From the NCBI GenBank assembly GCA_964586735.1, contig CAZPIN010000125.1, forward strand, positions 563-64,562: a stretch of 64,000 bases of DNA, written 5' to 3'. Both the position numbers and the translations under genes were made by a program. Position 1 is the stretch's first letter. Each line of letters starts with the position of its first letter. Origin of the DNA: an uncultured Rhodobacterales bacterium (GTDB lineage: Bacteria > Pseudomonadota > Alphaproteobacteria > Rhodobacterales > CAZPXZ01). Of the stretch, positions 27,872 through 37,517 are shown piece by piece. The notes under the pieces were generated by a model, which worked only from the letters and a program-made list of their open reading frames with translations, had not been told where the DNA came from and did no database searches.

Positions 27872-29206
27872 ATGATGGAATTTCTGCTGTCGGTCCCATA
27901 TCTGGGAGCGACCCTAAAATACGTGGTTCCCTTCCTCGTCCTGCTAACGCTGGTGGTGGCGGTCCATGAGTTCGGCCATTACCTGGTCGCGCGCTGGTGC
28001 GGCGTGGTTTCGACCGTGTTCTCCGTCGGCTTTGGCCGCGAGCTCGTCGGCTGGACCGACCGGCACGGCACCCGCTGGCGCTTCTCGCTTATTCCGCTAG
28101 GAGGTTACGTGCGCTTTCTGGGTGACCAGGACGCCGCCAGCGTGGCGTCGGATGAGGACGCGGCGGAGACTCAGGGCACGATGGCGGCGGCTCCATTGTG
28201 GCGGCGGGCGGCCATCGTATTCGCCGGTCCTGCCGCCAATTTCCTGTTCTGCGGTGCGCTTCTGTTCGGCTTGGCGCTGGTGGAGGGCCATCCAGTCCTC
28301 GAACCGCAGGTGAATGTGGTGCGCAGTGAGCGCGGACTTGACGCGCTCGGCCTGGAGCGGGGAGACGTCATTCTCGAGGTCAACGGCAGGCCGGTATGGC
28401 TGTACGGCGAGGCTATCCAGGCGATTTTGACCAGCGACCGCGAGCGGATCGACCTGCTGGTGGAGCGCGGAGGAAACAGGGTGCGGACGGGGGGCGTTCT
28501 GCTTCAGGAGCCGCGCGTCGAATCGGTCGTGCGGGGCTCGGCGGCGGCCGAGGCGGGCTTCATGGCCGACGATCTGGTGCTGCTCGTGGACGGCGCGCCG
28601 GTAGACGACTTTGGCGGCGTGCAGCGCCTGGTGCGGGAGTCGGGCGGCGCGCTGATGGCGTTCACGGTCCAGCGCGGGGACGGCGAGGTGGAGCTGCGCG
28701 TCCGGCCGCGCTGGCAGGAGGGGACGGACCCGGTCAGCGGCCTTGCCGCCAGAACGCCGGTGCTCGGAATCACGGGCAGCGTCCAGCTGCCCTTCAGCTC
28801 CGGAATGGAGTCCGCCGGTTTTATCGAGGCGCTGAAGTACGGGGTCGTCCAGACTTACGAAGTGCTGTTCATCTCGCTGCGCACCGTTGGCGACATGGCG
28901 ACGGGCCAGGCGAGTTTCGACAACGTGGGCGGGCCTATCGCCATCGCTAGTTTCACCGGCGAGGCGGCGGAGCGGGGACTCTACGAGTTCATGTTCCTGC
29001 TTGCCCTGATCTCGGCTTCCATCGGCCTGATCAATCTTTTCCCGATTCCGGTGCTTGACGGCGGGCATCTGCTATTGTTTGCGCTGGAGGCGATTCGAGG
29101 CCGACCCCTCGGAGAGCGGGCGACCCAGACGCTGTTTCGGTTCGGGATCGTTCTGCTCATTGGCCTGATGGCGCTGGTGACCTTCAACGACATTGTCAAT
29201 CTCTGA
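27872..29206 (+). CDS. rseP: RIP zinc metalloprotease RseP (M50 family, PDZ-containing)
   Basis: 'HEFGHYLVARWCGV' and C-terminal 'NLFPIPVLDGGHLL'. Confidence 0.9.
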   Translation: MMEFLLSVPYLGATLKYVVPFLVLLTLVVAVHEFGHYLVARWCGVVSTVFSVGFGRELVGWTDRHGTRWRFSLIPLGGYVRFLGDQDAASVASDEDAAETQGTMAAAPLWRRAAIVFAGPAANFLFCGALLFGLALVEGHPVLEPQVNVVRSERGLDALGLERGDVILEVNGRPVWLYGEAIQAILTSDRERIDLLVERGGNRVRTGGVLLQEPRVESVVRGSAAAEAGFMADDLVLLVDGAPVDDFGGVQRLVRESGGALMAFTVQRGDGEVELRVRPRWQEGTDPVSGLAARTPVLGITGSVQLPFSSGMESAGFIEALKYGVVQTYEVLFISLRTVGDMATGQASFDNVGGPIAIASFTGEAAERGLYEFMFLLALISASIGLINLFPIPVLDGGHLLLFALEAIRGRPLGERATQTLFRFGIVLLIGLMALVTFNDIVNL

Positions 29207-29244
29207 CCAGACGAAGCGCTGGCGCGGCTAGGGAGCAAGGGCCA

Positions 29245-31563
29245 ATGATCTGCATGACTCGCGCCCGCGTCGCACTGCGTGGCTGGCTTGTGGCGATGGC
29301 TGTGGCCGGTGCAGTCCTAGCCGCGTGGCCTGCGGCCGCGCAGGAGTTCCAGATCGACCGCATCGTCATCGAGGGCAACCAGCGCCTCGACGAGGAGACC
29401 ATCCGCTCCTACCTGACCGTCGAGGAGGGGACGGTGGCCAGCGCGGGCGACATCAACGACTCGCTGCGCGCCCTCAACGAATCGGGGGTGTTCAACGAGG
29501 TGTCCATCGAGCCGCGTGACGGCGTCCTGGCGGTGCGCGTGACGGAGCGCCCGTTCATTTCAGAAGTGAGTTTCGAGGGCAACCAGAGCATCGCCGACGA
29601 CCTCATCTCGCCGGTCGTGCAGTCGCGCTCGCGCACCGTGTTCTCTCCGGCGCTCGTGGAGGAGGACGCGCTGCGCATCGTCGATGCCTACAGCCGGTCG
29701 GGGAGGCTGGGGGCGACGGTAGTGCCCAAGGTGATCGAGCGGGAGGAGAATCGGGTCGACGTCGTCTTCGAGATCGACGAGGGGTCGATTACCCGCATTC
29801 GCAAGATCTCGTTCATCGGCAACCGGGCGTTCTCCGACAGCCGCCTGCGGGGGGTGATTGAAAGCCGCGAAGCCGCCTGGTTCCGCATCTTCACCAGCAC
29901 CGACCGTTTCGACCAAGGCAGGGTCGAGGTCGATAAAGAGGCGCTCGTCCGCTACTACACCGGGCGCGGCTACGCCGACTTTCGCGTGCTTTCGGCAGTG
30001 CCTTCGCTCAGCGAGCTTGGCAGCGGCTTTGTGATCACCTTCACGCTGGACGAGGGGCCGCGCTACGCGTTTGGCGACGTCAGGGTGGTTTCGGAGGTGC
30101 CCTCCGTCGATCCGGGCGAGCTGGAGGACCTGCTGGTTTCCGCGCCAGGCGACGTCTTCGACTCGCTGGTGGTCGAGCGTACCGTCGGGGCGATGATCGA
30201 GCGTCTCGAGACTGGCGGCGCCCTGTTTCTGACCGTTGTCGAGGACATCCGCAAGGACCGCGATGCTCGCATCGTCAATGTTGACTTTCGCGTGCGCCGT
30301 ACCGCCGCACGCTACGTGGAGCGCATAGAGATCGAGGGCAACGTGCGCACCCTCGACTCGGTGATCCGCCGCGAGTTCAACTTCGCTGAGGGAGACCCGC
30401 TGAGCGCCGCCAAGCTTGCCGAATCGCGTCGCCGCGTGCGACGGCTGGGGTTCTTCGACCAGGTGGAGATGCAGGTCGAGCCGACGGAGCAGGAGGACAA
30501 GGTGGTGGTGCGCGCCACCGTTCAGGAGCGCTCCACCGGCTCGTTGAGCTTTGGCGCCGGCTACTCGTCGTCGTCCAAGGGGGTGTTCACCATCGCCCTC
30601 AGCGAGCGCAACCTGCTGGGCAAGGGGCAGCGACTGAGGTTCGAGTACGAAACCTCGGAAACGGGCAACCTCTACGACATTGGCTTCACCGAGCCGCGGC
30701 TGTTCGGCGCCAACCGGGCCGGGGGCTTCGACTTCTACCGCCAGGAAGAGACGTCGAGCAGCAGCTACGATCTCAACCGCACTGGCTTCACGCCTCGCCT
30801 TACGGTGCCGGTCTCCGACAACGCCACCCTGCGCGCGAGCTACACCTTCGAGCAGCGCGTGCTGGACGAGGGAACATCCGACATTTCGCCGCTGCTGGAA
30901 ACAACTGGCGGCTCAAAGAACCGCTCGACGCTGGGCTACCGCCTGACCTGGGACCGCCGCGACGACCCGATTTTCCCGGGGCGGGGATGGCTGGTGAGCG
31001 TCGAGCAGGACCTGTCGGGACTGGGCGGCGACGTGAAGCTCGCCAACGCCGAACTGTCGGGACGCTACTTCACCCCCCTCGATCGCGACGAGAAGGTCAC
31101 CGGCATCCTGACCGGCCGGTTCGGGGCGGTTACGTCCCTCGGCAGCTACGAGCTGGAGGCTGCGGACCGCTTTTTCCTCGGCGGAAGCCGCATCCGCGGC
31201 TTCGCAAGCCGGGGTCTTGGCCCGCGTGACCCGATTACCGAGGAGGCGCTGGGTGGCAAGTACTACGCGCTGGTCAGCGGCCAGGTGCTTAGCTCATTCC
31301 CATTCCCCGAGGAGACCGGCATCCGCACCGGGCTGTTTTTCGACTATGGCACGCTGTTCGGCCTCGACACCGACAGCTACCTTTCGGCATCCAACCAGAC
31401 TGTCGAGGTGGACAGCGAGGCGCATGCGCGAGCCTCCACTGGCATCGTCTTTTCCTGGTTCTCGCCGGCCGGGCCTATGCAGTTCATTTTCTCGCGGGCG
31501 CTGCTGAGCCAGGACGAGGATGAGACCGAGTCCTTCCGCTTCACCGTTGGAGCGCCATTCTGA
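29245..31563 (+). CDS. bamA: Outer membrane protein assembly factor BamA
   Basis: Has a signal peptide, POTRA repeats ('IDRIVIEGNQRL', 'IEIEGNVRT') and a barrel ending 'FRFTVGAPF'. Confidence 0.95.
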   Translation: MICMTRARVALRGWLVAMAVAGAVLAAWPAAAQEFQIDRIVIEGNQRLDEETIRSYLTVEEGTVASAGDINDSLRALNESGVFNEVSIEPRDGVLAVRVTERPFISEVSFEGNQSIADDLISPVVQSRSRTVFSPALVEEDALRIVDAYSRSGRLGATVVPKVIEREENRVDVVFEIDEGSITRIRKISFIGNRAFSDSRLRGVIESREAAWFRIFTSTDRFDQGRVEVDKEALVRYYTGRGYADFRVLSAVPSLSELGSGFVITFTLDEGPRYAFGDVRVVSEVPSVDPGELEDLLVSAPGDVFDSLVVERTVGAMIERLETGGALFLTVVEDIRKDRDARIVNVDFRVRRTAARYVERIEIEGNVRTLDSVIRREFNFAEGDPLSAAKLAESRRRVRRLGFFDQVEMQVEPTEQEDKVVVRATVQERSTGSLSFGAGYSSSSKGVFTIALSERNLLGKGQRLRFEYETSETGNLYDIGFTEPRLFGANRAGGFDFYRQEETSSSSYDLNRTGFTPRLTVPVSDNATLRASYTFEQRVLDEGTSDISPLLETTGGSKNRSTLGYRLTWDRRDDPIFPGRGWLVSVEQDLSGLGGDVKLANAELSGRYFTPLDRDEKVTGILTGRFGAVTSLGSYELEAADRFFLGGSRIRGFASRGLGPRDPITEEALGGKYYALVSGQVLSSFPFPEETGIRTGLFFDYGTLFGLDTDSYLSASNQTVEVDSEAHARASTGIVFSWFSPAGPMQFIFSRALLSQDEDETESFRFTVGAPF

Positions 31564-32117
31564 TGCTCCGCCGAGGGGCAATAGCGGCGCTGGTCGCCCT
31601 CGCGTTTTTGGCGCCCGCTGCGGTCGCGGCGCAGCAGAACGACGGCGCAATCCTCGTCGTCGACTGGGACCGGGCGCTTAGCGAGTCGATGGCGGGACAG
31701 GACATTCGCCGCCAGGTGGCGGAAATTGGAGAGCGGGTGCGCGTCGAGGTGCAGGGGCGCGACTCCGAGCTTCGCGCGGAGGAGGCTGACATCGCCAGCC
31801 AGCGCGGCGAGCTGGGGGCGGTGGAATTCGAGGAGAGGGTGCGGGATTTCGAGGAGAAGGTGGCCCGTCTGCGCGCCTACGTCCAGGCGAACGAGGAGGC
31901 GGCCGAGCGGGCTTTCCAGAGGGCGCTCGGCATGCTCGCCGTTGACGCCCAGCAGGCTCTCGGCGACGTCATGCGTGAGACCGGCGCGGCCTACGTATTC
32001 GACCGGCGGGTGGTGCTGGCGCATTCCACCAGCGAGGCGACGGATCTTCTGATTGAGCGGATCAACGAGCGCGTGCAGCAGATTGCGGTGGACTACGAGC
32101 CGCCGGAGCTGGAGTGA
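31563..32117 (+). CDS. OmpH/Skp family periplasmic chaperone
   Basis: Has a signal peptide and coiled-coil Glu/Arg-rich sequence. It lies between bamA and fabZ. Confidence 0.8.
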   Translation: MLRRGAIAALVALAFLAPAAVAAQQNDGAILVVDWDRALSESMAGQDIRRQVAEIGERVRVEVQGRDSELRAEEADIASQRGELGAVEFEERVRDFEEKVARLRAYVQANEEAAERAFQRALGMLAVDAQQALGDVMRETGAAYVFDRRVVLAHSTSEATDLLIERINERVQQIAVDYEPPELE

Positions 32118-32593
32118 CGGACATGGAGAGCCGGCGCGCGCGCATGGAGCTCGACGAGGCGAAGCGGTACATACCGCACCGCGCCCCCTTCCTGTTCATC
32201 GACGCCATCGAGGACATCGTGGTCGGCGAGAGCGCCGTCGGCGTTCGCCGGGTCGACCCCGGAGAGGACTATTTCCGCGGCCATTTCCCGGGACGTCCCA
32301 TCATGCCCGGCGTACTGGTGATCGAGGCGCTGGCGCAGACGGCCGCCGTGCTGGTCGGCTACAGCGAGGATGTGCCGGGCGACCGCGCCGAGATCTACTT
32401 CATGTCGGTGGAGCGGGCCCGCTTTCGCAAGCCCGTGGCGCCAGGCGACGAGCTGCGGCTGCGGGTGAGCAAAATCAATTCCCGTCGCCGCGTTTGGCGC
32501 TTCGAAGGCCTCGCCGAGGTCGACGGCGCGCCGGTGGCGGAGTGCCGTTTCACGGCAATGTTCAACATCGCCGGCGAATCCCGGGAGGCCTGA
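32114..32593 (+). CDS. fabZ: 3-hydroxyacyl-ACP dehydratase FabZ
   Basis: 'IPHRAPFLFID', 'FRGHFPGRPIMPGVLVIEALAQ'. Confidence 0.95.
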   Translation: MTDMESRRARMELDEAKRYIPHRAPFLFIDAIEDIVVGESAVGVRRVDPGEDYFRGHFPGRPIMPGVLVIEALAQTAAVLVGYSEDVPGDRAEIYFMSVERARFRKPVAPGDELRLRVSKINSRRRVWRFEGLAEVDGAPVAECRFTAMFNIAGESREA

Positions 32594-33405
32594 CGCTGCC
32601 CGCCGCGGTCCATCCCACGGCGACCGTCGAGGCGGGAGCGCAGCTGGGCGACGGCTGCGTAGTCGGCCCGTACTGCCACGTCGGCGGCGAGGCTGTACTC
32701 GGCGACTCCGTCGAGCTGGTTGCGCACGTCTGGATTGGCGGCAGGACCACGCTTGGCGACGGCGTGCGGGTGTTCCCTTTCTCCGCGCTGGGCGGAGAGC
32801 CCCAGCTTCTGCGCGACAGGGGCGATGGCTGCTCGCTGGAGGTGGGCGAAGGCACCGTGATTCGCGAGCACGTGACGCTGCACAAGGGAAGCCCGGTCGG
32901 CGCTGGGGTTACCCGTATCGGTCCCGGCTGCACGTTTATGGCCGGCACGCACGCCGCCCATGACTGCCAGCTCGGCAGCGGCGTACTGCTCAACCAGGGG
33001 GCCATTCTTGGCGGCCATGTCGAGGTGGGCGAGTCGGCGGTGTTCGGGGCGCAGTCAGGGGTGCATCCGTACTGCCGCATCGGGCGGCACTCCATGGCGG
33101 AGGCCAAGACGGGCGTGTTCCATGACGTCATTCCCTACGGCTACAGCCGGGGCACCAAAGCCTATCTCAAGGGAATCAACGCCAAGGGCCTCAAACACCG
33201 GGGATTTTCGACGGAGATCATCCGCGGCCTGAAGGACCTGCTTGGGCGAATTTTTGGCGAGGAAGGCACCCTGGCCGAGCGCTTGGCGGCGCTGGCGGCG
33301 GAGGACGGGCTTGGCGCCGAGGCGCGGGAGGTGGTGGACTTTGCCATGGCCCAGGACGCCAGGCGCAGTCTCATGCAGCCCCGCGCTTCCAGCGGCGACG
33401 GGTGA
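32542..33405 (+). CDS. lpxA: Acyl-ACP--UDP-N-acetylglucosamine O-acyltransferase LpxA (start uncertain)
   Basis: 'VHPTATVEAGAQLGDGCVVGPYCHVGG' hexapeptide repeats and 'GINAKGLKHRGFS'. The only canonical in-frame start near the N-terminus is GTG at 32542. CTG at 32590 would instead give a CTGA overlap with the fabZ stop. Confidence 0.85.
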   Translation: MPFHGNVQHRRRIPGGLTLPAAVHPTATVEAGAQLGDGCVVGPYCHVGGEAVLGDSVELVAHVWIGGRTTLGDGVRVFPFSALGGEPQLLRDRGDGCSLEVGEGTVIREHVTLHKGSPVGAGVTRIGPGCTFMAGTHAAHDCQLGSGVLLNQGAILGGHVEVGESAVFGAQSGVHPYCRIGRHSMAEAKTGVFHDVIPYGYSRGTKAYLKGINAKGLKHRGFSTEIIRGLKDLLGRIFGEEGTLAERLAALAAEDGLGAEAREVVDFAMAQDARRSLMQPRASSGDG

Positions 33406-34241
33406 TGGAGCCGGACAGGGCCAGTCTGGGCATTGTCGCTGGAAGCGGAGCGCTTCCGCGGATTCTCGCCGACTGCTGCCGCGCCGAGGGCAGGTCCTAC
33501 CAGGTCTACGGCGTGGAGGGTTTCGCTGGCGACTGGACCGAAGGGCATCCGGGCCAGCGGCTAAGCGTCTGGTCGCTGGCGGAGCTCGTGGAAAGCCTTC
33601 GCCAAACCGGATGCGCCGATGTGTGCCTCGCTGGCGGAGTGCGCCGTCCGTCCTTTGCCGGTCGTCCGGCGGAGGCGTCCGGCCTCGACCGGCTGGAGGG
33701 GGTATTTCGGGAGGGCGACGATTCGCTTCTGCGGGCAGTGTCCAGCGTACTCGCCGAAGCGGGGCTCAGGCTCGTGGGGGCGCATGAGGTCATGCCCGAT
33801 CTGCTGGCGCCGGACGGCCGCATTGCTGGTCCTGACCCTGCGCCCGGCCTGCAGGCCGACTCCGAGAGGGCGCGCGAGATCGTCCTGGCGATGGGGCGGC
33901 TTGACGTAGGGCAGGCCGCAGCCGTCGCCGAGGGCCGGTGCCTGGGCGTCGAGGCGGTGGACGGCACGGATGCGCTCCTTGCGCGAATCGCGGCGATGGA
34001 CGAGGCGGCGCGGGGCGGCGCGGCTCGAGGCGCGGGCGTGGTGGTCAAGGCGCCCAAGCCTCAGCAGAACCGTCGGCTGGATCTGCCGGCGATCGGACCC
34101 GAAACCGTGGAGGGCGCGGCCCGGGCGGGGCTGAAGGGCGTGGCGGTCGAGGCGGAAGGCGTGCTGCTGGTGGAGCGGGAGGCCATCGAGCGCGCCGCAG
34201 AGTCTTTGGAAATCAGCGTGTGGGCTTTCCCGCCAGAGTAG
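33402..34241 (+). CDS. lpxI: UDP-2,3-diacylglucosamine pyrophosphatase LpxI (DUF1009 family)
   Basis: 'LGIVAGSGALPRIL' and 'GVVVKAPKPQQNRRLDLPAIGPETV'. It lies between lpxA and lpxB. Confidence 0.8.
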   Translation: MMEPDRASLGIVAGSGALPRILADCCRAEGRSYQVYGVEGFAGDWTEGHPGQRLSVWSLAELVESLRQTGCADVCLAGGVRRPSFAGRPAEASGLDRLEGVFREGDDSLLRAVSSVLAEAGLRLVGAHEVMPDLLAPDGRIAGPDPAPGLQADSERAREIVLAMGRLDVGQAAAVAEGRCLGVEAVDGTDALLARIAAMDEAARGGAARGAGVVVKAPKPQQNRRLDLPAIGPETVEGAARAGLKGVAVEAEGVLLVEREAIERAAESLEISVWAFPPE

Positions 34242-34254
34242 GCGGACCGTATTC

Positions 34255-35454
34255 ATGAGCAGGATTTTTCTGCTTGCCGCCGAGCCTTCGGGCGACCAGC
34301 TGGGAGCGCGGCTTGCGGCAGCGCTGCGGGAGATGGCCGGCAACCGGCTGGAGCTTGCGGGCATGGGCGGGCCCGCCATGGCGGAGCATGGCATCGAGGG
34401 GCCGTACGACACATCCAAACTCGCCGTCATGGGGCTTGCCGAGGTGGTGCCGAAGATTCCCCAGCTGCTGCGGCGCATCCGGCAGACCTGCCGCTGGATC
34501 GTCAAGGCGCAGCCTGCGGCGGTGGTGACCATCGACAGCCCGGATTTCATGCACCGCGTGGTGGCGAAGGCCCGCCCGCTTTGCCCCAACACCGCCTTCG
34601 TCAACTACGTGGCTCCCACCGTATGGATGTGGCGGGCGAAACGGGTGCATCGGATTGCCCAGCTCTACGACCTGCAGCTTGCCCTGCTGCCGTTTGAGCC
34701 GCCTTACTTCGAAACGTCGGGAGTGCGCTGCGCGTTCGTGGGGCATCCGGCCGTAGAAACGGCCGCCGATGGGCTGCCTTCGAAACGGGAGGCGCGGCGG
34801 TTGCTGGGACTGGATGACGAGGCTCCGGTTGCTGTGGCGCTGCCTGGCAGCCGCAGGTCTGAGATCCACCGCCACGGAAAGGTGTTTGGCGAAGCGCTGG
34901 CCCTGCTTGCGCGGCAGGTTCCGGGACTGGAGGTGATCCTGCCCATGGCCCCCGGCGTCGAATCGAAGGTAAGGGGCATGACGGAGTCTTGGCAGCCGAA
35001 ACCGCTGCTGGTGGAGGCGGGGTCCGGCGGTCCGGCGTCCCGCTGGACGGCCTACGCCGCCGCCGACGTGGCCTTGGCGGCATCGGGCACCGTAACGGTG
35101 GAGCTTGCCGCGGCGGGCTTGCCGATGGCTGTCGCCTACCGCCTTTCGCCGCTGACCTGGACGGTGCTGCGTAGGCTGGCCAAGCGGCGCCATGCCAGCC
35201 TGGTCAACCTGATGCTTGACGAGGATGCGGTGCCGGAGTTTCTCCAAGGCCGGTGCCAAGCCAAGCCCATCGCCAAATCGCTGGCAAGGCTGCTGGAGGA
35301 CAGGGCGGCGGCAGCGCTGCAGCAGTCTTCGCTGGAACGGGCTGCCGCCATGCTGTGGGGGGTCGGCGAAAGCAGCCCGCCGTCCATGCGGGCGGCGCGG
35401 GCGGTCTGGGAACTCGCAAGCAGCCGGGCGGAGACAGGGACCGCGGCCAGCTGA
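34255..35454 (+). CDS. lpxB: Lipid-A-disaccharide synthase
   Basis: 'IFLLAAEPSGDQLGARL' and 'VTIDSPDF'. Confidence 0.95.
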   Translation: MSRIFLLAAEPSGDQLGARLAAALREMAGNRLELAGMGGPAMAEHGIEGPYDTSKLAVMGLAEVVPKIPQLLRRIRQTCRWIVKAQPAAVVTIDSPDFMHRVVAKARPLCPNTAFVNYVAPTVWMWRAKRVHRIAQLYDLQLALLPFEPPYFETSGVRCAFVGHPAVETAADGLPSKREARRLLGLDDEAPVAVALPGSRRSEIHRHGKVFGEALALLARQVPGLEVILPMAPGVESKVRGMTESWQPKPLLVEAGSGGPASRWTAYAAADVALAASGTVTVELAAAGLPMAVAYRLSPLTWTVLRRLAKRRHASLVNLMLDEDAVPEFLQGRCQAKPIAKSLARLLEDRAAAALQQSSLERAAAMLWGVGESSPPSMRAARAVWELASSRAETGTAAS

Positions 35455-35505
35455 AGCCGATTCGCAGCCGCCAGACGGCCGCCAGCAGAGCGGCGCATGC
35501 ATGGC
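35361..35505 (+). repeat. Left copy of an imperfect ~140-bp direct repeat (lpxB 3' end plus ~50 bp downstream)
   Basis: The 25-nt identical core 'tccatgcgggcggcgcgggcggtct' at 35383-35407 recurs at 37316-37340. The flanking sequence aligns with mismatches and indels. Confidence 0.8.
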
Positions 35506-35845
35506 GACAGCCGCCTGAATCTGGCGACGCCATTCTGTAGCCCCTTGGCTTGCAGGCATCTTCCGGCCGCTCAAAGAGCGGCATTTGGCATGGACAGTCC
35601 CCGCATCCGAAGCGGTCCGCGCGTCGGGGAGATTGCTCGCTATGGTGAGGTCAAGCTGGAATTGGCCCTCGGTTTCGAGATGCGTCCGAGGGAATTGCAT
35701 CTGACCTTCGTCACGGCGCATCGAGTACAGTCAGGTGCCTCCAGCTCCGCCGCGGCGTGCGCCGAGTGGACTGGGAGTTCCACCCGAAACCAGCCAGAAA
35801 CCGCCGCTGGCCGAGTCCAGAGGCGGGAGAAAGGAGAAAGCCAAA

Positions 35846-36904
35846 ATGGCCTACCCGATGGGAGAGCAGCCGCGCCAGAATCAGGGCGGCGAAGAGACCA
35901 CTGAGACCGAGCGGCTGGAGGCATGGATGCAGGGCTGGCCGAGCCAGTTCTACGACGGCTACAGCTTCAGGATACTCAGCAACATGGAAACAGCGTTGGC
36001 GGTCATCGTTTACGCCGTGCGAAAAGCCGGAAAGCACAGGCTTGCAAAGAAGCTGGAGGGAGGCTCGCTGGTAATGGCTCCCACTCGCCTGGTCGGTGAA
36101 ACCCTGCGCCAGAGATACCGCGACCTTTCGTACAGGTGGAAGCCCAAAAGAAAAGGTTCTAACGAGATTCGGATTGACATTGAGGCCACCAGTGGCTCCG
36201 ACCAGCTGGTCACGGTCCGCTCGACGGACTACTCGGTTCAGGGAGCGTTGCAGGAGGCAGCTTCGCAGAAGAGGGTCAGCCGCCGCGCCCCCGGATTCAC
36301 GATGGTCATCAATTTCGGCCCCAGGGGTCTTCGGGTGTCCTGCGTGTTCGAGGAGATGTTTTCGGACTACGACGAGCTTGAGGGGCTCGGGCCTCGCAAC
36401 ATAACTGTCCAGCTGGACCTTATGGCGATGACGCTTGAGGAAATCCTTGCGGCATTCGACTGCCGTACCGCGTGTGTCCTTGGGATACTCCGCATCGCCA
36501 ACAGGCCGCGGGAGTTTCGCAAGGCGGACATTTTCAGGGTGATCAAACTGGCGGCGGGGGACTGGGAGCGCGAGCAGATGGTCGCTCTCTGCATTGCATG
36601 CCGGTTCAAGGGAGTGTACTATAGGTGGGCGCTGCAGGCGCTGGACGAAGCAGGAATAGGGAGAGACAACGTGGAAGGCATGATGGAAATCCGGGAACGG
36701 GAGGCCAAGGCCGAGGGCGTGGCCGATGTGCTGCTGCGGCAAGTACGGGAGAAGTTCAAGGACATATCTGACCGGAGGGAGGCGCAGGTGCGGTCAGCTA
36801 CGCTTGAGCAGCTGGAGGAGTGGGCGGTGCGCCTTCTGCATGCCCGCGACATCGATGCGCTGTTCGCCGGAAGCGGCCGGGCTAGGAGCCAGCCTCAGGG
36901 ATAG
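35846..36904 (+). CDS. Divergent Rpn-like family protein with DUF4351-like C-terminal domain (paralog B)
   Basis: The ATG at 35846 follows RBS 'aaaggagaaag'. The C-terminal 'REREAKAEGVADVLLRQVREKFKDISDRREAQVRSATLEQLEEWAVRLLHARDIDALF' has the DUF4351 pattern. 'FYDGYSFRIL' resembles the Rpn N-terminal motif, but the nuclease core motif is not clear. Confidence 0.55.
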   Translation: MAYPMGEQPRQNQGGEETTETERLEAWMQGWPSQFYDGYSFRILSNMETALAVIVYAVRKAGKHRLAKKLEGGSLVMAPTRLVGETLRQRYRDLSYRWKPKRKGSNEIRIDIEATSGSDQLVTVRSTDYSVQGALQEAASQKRVSRRAPGFTMVINFGPRGLRVSCVFEEMFSDYDELEGLGPRNITVQLDLMAMTLEEILAAFDCRTACVLGILRIANRPREFRKADIFRVIKLAAGDWEREQMVALCIACRFKGVYYRWALQALDEAGIGRDNVEGMMEIREREAKAEGVADVLLRQVREKFKDISDRREAQVRSATLEQLEEWAVRLLHARDIDALFAGSGRARSQPQG

Positions 36905-37000
36905 CCGTCGGCGGCTTGGCTGCGGTAGCGGCGACTTACTCTCTCCTGCTGCTCTGGGCAGCGGCCGACGCTGGACGAGGCAGGAATTGGGAGAGACAAC

Positions 37001-37234
37001 GTGGAAGGCATGATGGAAATCCGAGAACGGGAGGCCAAGGCCGAGGGCAAGGCCGAGTTGCTGCTCCAACTTGTACGGCAGAAGTTCAAGGACATATCCG
37101 ACCGGAGGGAGGCACAGGTGAAGTCGGCCTCGCTTGAGCAGCTGGAGAATTGGGCGGCGCGTCTGCTGAGCCCTCGCGATCTCGATTCGCTGTTTGGCGG
37201 GAGTGGCCGGGCAAAGCGCCAGCCGCAGGGGTAG
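37001..37234 (+). CDS. Stand-alone DUF4351-like C-terminal-domain ORF (copy of the paralog B C-terminus)
   Basis: 'EGMMEIREREAKAEGKAELLLQLVRQKFKDISDRREAQVKSASLEQLENWAARLL' closely matches the last 77 aa of 35846..36904. It is offset by 330 nt and is in the same frame. Confidence 0.55.
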   Translation: MEGMMEIREREAKAEGKAELLLQLVRQKFKDISDRREAQVKSASLEQLENWAARLLSPRDLDSLFGGSGRAKRQPQG

Positions 37235-37299
37235 CCGTCGGCGGCTCGGCTGCGGCTGCAGCGACTGCAGAGTAAGGATGCATTCGGTTGACCGCAGCG

Positions 37300-37436
37300 G
37301 GTCGGTCAGCAGCAGTCCATGCGGGCGGCGCGGGCGGTCTTGGAACTGGCGAACGCCCCATACGGAGGAGGGCAGAGCAGCCGGCTGAAAGCGGCACGCA
37401 TTTGACAGACCGCCAGCAGCCTTGCGGTGCATAGAC
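37300..37436 (+). repeat. Right copy of the lpxB-3'-end direct repeat
   Basis: See 35361..35505. This copy is non-coding and more decayed. Confidence 0.8.
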
Positions 37437-37517
37437 TATGCTGGAGGCTAGGCAGAGGGCGGCAGCCGGAGCAGTAGCGGCAAGTCTTCGTCTCCGCGGC
37501 AGTACAGGAGCCCTATC

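Noticed and set aside
32053-32541. The upstream part of the 450-aa track ORF that contains lpxA.
   Set aside because: This part overlaps the 3' end of skp and nearly all of fabZ in another frame, and it is Arg/Gly-rich with no homology signal. Only the segment from about 32542/32590 onward is LpxA.
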